Below are positions 59,716-64,000 of a stretch of 64,000 nt of DNA, piece after piece; positions within the stretch are counted from its first letter, which is position 1; every line of letters begins with the position of its first letter. The notes beneath the pieces are model-generated. The model did not search any database. It worked only from the letters and a program-made list of their open reading frames with translations, and was not told the origin of the DNA. Source of the DNA: Alphaproteobacteria bacterium (GTDB lineage Bacteria; Pseudomonadota; Alphaproteobacteria; SP197); assembly GCA_965242595.1 (NCBI GenBank), contig OZ251464.1:1188301-1252300 (forward strand). Direction: 5' to 3'. A program made the translations under genes and the position numbers.

Positions 59716-60813
59716 TCACAGCAGCGCCAGCTGCCCTTCCTGCCGCGGCGGCTTCACGAAGCGCGAGCAATCCAGCGGCCGGCCCCATCCGGGCAGCCCC
59801 AGGCGGCGGACGGCCAGGGCAAAGCGCTTCGCCGTCATCTCGGCGATGGGGCCTTCGCCCTTCATGCGCCGGCCCCATTGGGGGTCGTAGTCGCGCCCGT
59901 TGCGGCAGCTGCGCAGCAGGGCGCGGACGCGGGCGGCGCGCTCGCCGTAATGGGTGTCCAGCCATTCCCAGAACAGCTCCTTCACCTCCCGCGGCAGGCG
60001 CAGCATGGACCAGGCGGCCGTCACCGCCCCGGCGTCGCGGGCGGCCTGCAGCACCGCCTCCATCTCGTCGTCGTTCAGCCCCGGTATCGCCGGCGCGAAC
60101 ATCGCCCCCACCGGCACCCCGGCCCGGGCCAGCGCCTCCATCGCCGCCAGCCGCCGGGCCGGAGTCGGGGCGCGCGGGTCCATGCGCCGCGCCAGATCGC
60201 GCCGCAGGGTGGCGATGGAGATCGAAACCCGCACCAGCCCGGCGCCGGCCATCTCCCCCAGAATGTCGGCGTCGCGGACCACCAGCGCCGATTTGGTGAC
60301 GATGCCCACCGGATGGCGGCATTGCCACAGCACCTCCAGAATGCGCCGGGTGATGCCGAGGCGCCGTTCCACCGGCTGATAGACATCGGTGGCGGTGCCC
60401 AGGGCGATCACGCGCGGGCGATAGCCGGGCCGGGCCAGCTCGCGCCTCAGCAGGCGGTGGGCCTCCGGCTTGGCGAACAGCCTGGTTTCGAAATCCTGCC
60501 CCGGCGACAGGCCCAGCCAGGCATGGGTGGGGCGGGCGAAACAATAGATGCAGCCATGCTCGCAGCCGCGATAGGGGTTGATCGAGCGGTCGAAGGAGAT
60601 ATCGGGGGAATCGTTGCGGGCGATCACGCTGCGGCTGCTGTCCCAGGCGACGCCGGTCTCCAGCCTGGGCAGGTCGTCTTCGACGGTGCCCCAGCCGTCG
60701 TCGAACGCCTCCCGGCTGTGGACCTCGAAGCGGCCGGAACGGTTGCTGATCGCCCCCCGCCCCCGCCGCGCCATGCGCCGTTCCATCCGCCGTTCCGGGC
60801 GCGCGTCGCTCAT
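59716..60813 (-). CDS. PA0069-family radical SAM protein
   Basis: CEHGCIYCFA matches the CxxxCxxC radical SAM motif; 365 aa. Strong SD AAGGAGGGGG before the ATG at 60811-60813. Confidence 0.78.
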   Translation of the reverse strand: MSDARPERRMERRMARRGRGAISNRSGRFEVHSREAFDDGWGTVEDDLPRLETGVAWDSSRSVIARNDSPDISFDRSINPYRGCEHGCIYCFARPTHAWLGLSPGQDFETRLFAKPEAHRLLRRELARPGYRPRVIALGTATDVYQPVERRLGITRRILEVLWQCRHPVGIVTKSALVVRDADILGEMAGAGLVRVSISIATLRRDLARRMDPRAPTPARRLAAMEALARAGVPVGAMFAPAIPGLNDDEMEAVLQAARDAGAVTAAWSMLRLPREVKELFWEWLDTHYGERAARVRALLRSCRNGRDYDPQWGRRMKGEGPIAEMTAKRFALAVRRLGLPGWGRPLDCSRFVKPPRQEGQLALL

Positions 60814-60883
60814 CGCCCCCTCCTTCGTCCCGCCATGATGAGCGAACGATAAGCGAACACGCGCCGGCGCGCAAGCTGCTACG

Positions 60884-61573
60884 ATGGCGGCCATGCCACG
60901 CCTCACCGTCATCGTTCCCACCCTGGATGCCGCCTCCGGCCTGGCGGCCACCCTGGCCTCGCTGCGCGCGGGGCGGGCGCTGGACGTCGATCTGCTGGTG
61001 GTCGATGGCGGCTCGCGCGATGCCACCCACGCCCTGGCGCTGGCCCATGGGGCGCGGCTGCTGGCCTCGCCGCCCGGGCGCGGCCTGCAGCTGGCGGCGG
61101 GCGGGGCGGCGGCAGAGGGCGACTGGCTGCTGTTCCTGCACGCCGACACCCGCCTGCAAGCGGGCTGGGATGCGGCCGCCGCCGCCTTCATGGCGGTTGC
61201 TGCCAATCGCCGCCGGGCGGCCTGTTTTCGCCTGCGCTTCGATCACGATTCGCCCGCCGCCCGGCGGGTGGCGTGGTTCGCGGCCCGGCGCTGCCGCTGG
61301 CTGGGCCTGCCCTATGGCGATCAGGGGCTGCTGCTGGCGCGCGATTTCTACCGCGCCCTGGGCGGCTTCCGCCCGCTGCCGCTGATGGAGGATGTCGATC
61401 TGGTCCGCCGCATCGGCCGCCGCCGCCTGGTCGTGCTGGAATGCGACGCCGTCACCAGCGCCGAACGCTATCGCCGCGCTGGCTATGCGCCGCGCGTGGC
61501 GCGCAATCTGTTGTGCCTGGCCGGCTATATCCTGGGCGTGCCGCCGCGCCTGCTGCTGCGCCTCTATGGCTGA
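60884..61573 (+). CDS. family 2 glycosyltransferase (TIGR04283-like)
   Basis: LTVIVPTLDAASGL ... VVDGGSRD ... LFLHADT (DxD-type GT-A fold); conserved partner of the downstream DUF2064 gene. Confidence 0.65.
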   Translation: MAAMPRLTVIVPTLDAASGLAATLASLRAGRALDVDLLVVDGGSRDATHALALAHGARLLASPPGRGLQLAAGGAAAEGDWLLFLHADTRLQAGWDAAAAAFMAVAANRRRAACFRLRFDHDSPAARRVAWFAARRCRWLGLPYGDQGLLLARDFYRALGGFRPLPLMEDVDLVRRIGRRRLVVLECDAVTSAERYRRAGYAPRVARNLLCLAGYILGVPPRLLLRLYG

Positions 61574-61609
61574 GGGCGGGTCGTGAGGCGGCGCCGCCAC
61601 GCGCTGGCC

Positions 61610-62206
61610 ATGGCGCGCCGTCCCCAGGCGGGCCGGGTCAAGACGCGCCTGGCCGCCGACCTGGGCGAGCGGGTGGCGCTGGCCTGCTATGCCCGCAGCC
61701 TGCGCCGCACCCTGCGTCAGCTGGCCGCCGGCCGCCGCTGGCGGGCGGTGGTGGCGGCAACGCCCGCCGCCGATGCCTGCCGTCGCCGCCGCTGGCTGCG
61801 TTCTCTGCCGGCGCTTCCCCAGGCCCGGGGCGATATCGGGCGCCGCATGCAGGCGGCCATCGATGGCGTGCCGCCCGGCGCCGTGGTGGTGGTGGGCAGC
61901 GATGCCCCCGGCCTGGCGCGGCGCCATATCGCCCGCGCCTTCCGCGCCCTGCGGCGCTGCGATGCCGTTATCGGCCCCGCCGCCGACGGTGGCTTCTGGC
62001 TGCTGGGGGTGGCCGCCTGGCGCCGCCCGGCGCGCCTGTTCGCAGCCGGCATCCGCTGGTCGACGCCCCATGCTCTGGCCGATACCCTGCGCGGCCTGCC
62101 GCCGGACTGGCGCGTCGCCATGCTGGAGGTGCTGGACGACATCGACGATGGCGCCGATTTCCGGCACTGGCGCGCGCGGCGCGGCGGCGAAAGCGAGACC
62201 TTATGA
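61610..62206 (+). CDS. DUF2064 (TIGR04282-like) protein
   Basis: MARRPQAGRVKTRLA start and VVVGSDAPGL...AVIGPAADGGFWLLG are typical of DUF2064. Confidence 0.65.
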   Translation: MARRPQAGRVKTRLAADLGERVALACYARSLRRTLRQLAAGRRWRAVVAATPAADACRRRRWLRSLPALPQARGDIGRRMQAAIDGVPPGAVVVVGSDAPGLARRHIARAFRALRRCDAVIGPAADGGFWLLGVAAWRRPARLFAAGIRWSTPHALADTLRGLPPDWRVAMLEVLDDIDDGADFRHWRARRGGESETL

Positions 62207-63471
62207 CCGGCCCCGGCAGCCCCCCGGCCCGCGCAGGCCCCCCCGTTCGCGAAGGCGTGGCCGACAGCCTGGCCGCCTGGCGGGTGGCGCTGGCCTCGCT
62301 GCTGCTGATCGCCTGCGCCATGGGCGTGGTCTATCTGCTGTGGTCGAACGTCAAGACCATCTCCGACGATATGGGCTGGTCCAGGGGCACCACCTCCGCC
62401 GCCTATGCCCTGGAGATGCTGGGCACCGGCATCGGCGGCATCCTGATGGGCCGCCTTGCCGATCGCATCGGCGCGGCCCGGGTGGCGTTCATCGGCGCCC
62501 TGGCCATCGTGGCAGGCGCGCTGCTGCTGACCCAAATCGAAAGCGCCTGGCAGTTCTGCCTGATCTTCGGCCTGGTGATCGGTTTTCTGGGCAATGCCGC
62601 CCTGTTCGCGCCGCTGATCGCCGCCGCCACCCGCTGGTTCGAACGCCATCGCGGCCTTGCCGTGGCGGTGGTGGCGTCGGGCCAGGGGCTGGCGGGGGCC
62701 GTCTGGCCCATGGTGTTCGATCTGCTGATCGCTGCCCATGGCTGGCGCGGGGCGCTGCTGATCTATGGCCTGATCGCCGCCATCGCCATGCCGCCGCTGG
62801 TGCTGCTGCTGCGCGGCCAGCCGCCGGGCTGGGCGGCGTTGCAGGCCAGCCAGCGCGCGCTGGCCGCCGGGCGGCGCTTTGCCGTCGGCCCCGGCAATCT
62901 GCCGCTGGCCCTGCTTTGCGCCGCCATCGTCTGCTGCTGCACCTCCATGTCCATGCCGCTGCTCCACCTCGCCTCCCACGCCCGCGATCTGGGCTACAGC
63001 AGCACCCAGGGCGCCTCCCTGCTGGCCTGGATCATGGCGCTCTCCCTGGTCGGGCGGCTGGGGCTGGGCTATTTCGCCGATCGCATCGGCACCTTTCGGG
63101 CCATGATGTTCGCCTCGGCCGCCCAGGGCGCCGGCGTCTTCCTGATGGCGCCCTTCGATGCCCTGGCGGTGCTCTATGCCGGCGCCACCCTGTTCGGGCT
63201 GGGCTTCGGCGGCCTGGTGCCGATCTATGCCGTGGTGCTGCGCAATGTCTATCCCGCCCACGCCATCGGCTGGCGGGTGGGGGCGATCTTCCTGTTCGGC
63301 GCCCTGGGCATGGCCTTCGGCGGCCAGTTCGCCGGCTCCCTGTTCGATTGGACCGCAACCTATCGCTGGGCCTTCCTGGCCGGGGCCGCCTTCAACGCCG
63401 TCAATCTGCTGCTGCTGGCGACGGTGCGGACGGTGGCCCGCCATCCGCTTCCGGCCGCGCCCGGCCCATGA
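62203..63471 (+). CDS. MFS transporter (OFA-like)
   Basis: 12 predicted transmembrane helices and an MFS GRLADRIG loop motif. The ATG overlaps the DUF2064 stop. Confidence 0.8.
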   Translation: MTGPGSPPARAGPPVREGVADSLAAWRVALASLLLIACAMGVVYLLWSNVKTISDDMGWSRGTTSAAYALEMLGTGIGGILMGRLADRIGAARVAFIGALAIVAGALLLTQIESAWQFCLIFGLVIGFLGNAALFAPLIAAATRWFERHRGLAVAVVASGQGLAGAVWPMVFDLLIAAHGWRGALLIYGLIAAIAMPPLVLLLRGQPPGWAALQASQRALAAGRRFAVGPGNLPLALLCAAIVCCCTSMSMPLLHLASHARDLGYSSTQGASLLAWIMALSLVGRLGLGYFADRIGTFRAMMFASAAQGAGVFLMAPFDALAVLYAGATLFGLGFGGLVPIYAVVLRNVYPAHAIGWRVGAIFLFGALGMAFGGQFAGSLFDWTATYRWAFLAGAAFNAVNLLLLATVRTVARHPLPAAPGP

Positions 63472-63612
63472 CGTCTCCTGGCCTCCCTGGCCCATGACTT
63501 CGTTCCGGTCTGGTGCCACACTTGGCGGCGGCGCCGGGTGCTAATCCGGATGCCAAGTCCGGGGCTTTGCGATGGCCGCAACGGCCCGGCCCAAAGGGAG
63601 GAACGATCCCAG

Positions 63613-64000
63613 ATGAACATGAGAAAGCTTGCCCTGGGCGCGGTGGCCGGCGTTGCCGCGCTCGTCTCGGCTTCTGCCGCATCGCTGGCCAGCCATGTGG
63701 ACGACGGCGTCCTCATCGTCGCCTATTTCCTGGAATGGCCCACCGCCAACCAGGTCGCCCAGGTCGAGAAGACCTATGACGATGCCCTGGGCCTGGAGGT
63801 CGAGTGGCGCGCCTTCGGCAATGGCAACGAAATGACCCAGGCCATGGTCTCCGGCGATGTCGATATCGCCTACAGCCAGGGCTTCGTGCCCTTCGTGGTC
63901 GGCGTCTCCAACGGCGCGCCGCTCAAGCTGGTGGGCATCGCCGTCACCTATGCCGAAAACGACCTCTGCATCGTGCGCGACGATGCCGGCATCGCCCAGG
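63613..64000 (+). CDS. ABC transporter periplasmic substrate-binding protein (NitT/TauT-type), 3' partial
   Basis: Signal peptide MNMRKLALGAVAGVAALVSASAA, then an SsuA/TauA-like domain start. SD GGGAGGAACG; runs off the window end. Confidence 0.7.
   Translation, partial: MNMRKLALGAVAGVAALVSASAASLASHVDDGVLIVAYFLEWPTANQVAQVEKTYDDALGLEVEWRAFGNGNEMTQAMVSGDVDIAYSQGFVPFVVGVSNGAPLKLVGIAVTYAENDLCIVRDDAGIAQ

Overview
This is a 64 kb chromosomal segment of a high-GC (about 68-70%) alphaproteobacterium, most likely Rhodospirillales-like. It is densely packed with housekeeping genes on both strands. No tRNA, rRNA, CRISPR array, transposase or integrase was recognised.

Main contents, left to right:
- a purC/dprA region;
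- tkt-gap-pgk on the minus strand;
- a small coiled-coil protein and zapA, then tldD;
- an aa3 cytochrome c oxidase cluster: coxB-ctaD-ctaB-(small ORF)-ctaG-coxC-SURF1;
- a run of tightly coupled genes: M32 carboxypeptidase, thrC, M16 peptidase, GNAT, rnc, era, recO, parC;
- a Co-type nitrile hydratase locus (nthA-nthB), followed directly by a sulfotransferase and a TAT-dependent TRAP transporter (DctP/Q/M);
- bpt;
- yqgE, a peroxiredoxin, rnhA, thrB, ispH and a CDGSH protein;
- the F0 ATP synthase operon (atpI-B-E-F2-F);
- a molybdopterin oxidoreductase, smc, a DsbA-like protein and DUF721;
- mutY convergent with rnhB;
- a vapBC toxin-antitoxin pair;
- a PA0069-family radical SAM protein, a GT2/DUF2064 pair, an MFS transporter and a partial ABC substrate-binding protein.

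The main anomaly is a roughly 5.4 kb island (about 36.6-42.0 kb) of about 50% GC. It is inserted between bpt and a tandem-EctC-like cupin gene and carries a single gene for a protein of roughly 1750 aa. That protein combines, in order:
- an N-terminal transglutaminase-like (TGc) cysteine-protease fold;
- a DUF4011-like region;
- a Upf1-like SF1B helicase (AAA_11/AAA_12);
- a C-terminal Vsr/DUF559-like (REase_MTES_1575-type) endonuclease.
I interpret it as a horizontally acquired single-gene candidate nucleic-acid defense system, distinct from the PLD-containing Mokosh type II and from Nhi arrangements.

Secondary observations:
- in-frame tandem repeats inside pgk, and in the convergent mutY/rnhB overlap;
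- a G11/C11 homopolymer immediately upstream of bpt at the island junction;
- an orphan RHH antitoxin;
- an unusual nthAB-sulfotransferase-TRAP linkage lacking the usual NHase activator gene.

Limits: all calls rest on six-frame translations and motif recognition by eye, with no database search. Exact start codons (many appear to be GTG/TTG) are approximate.
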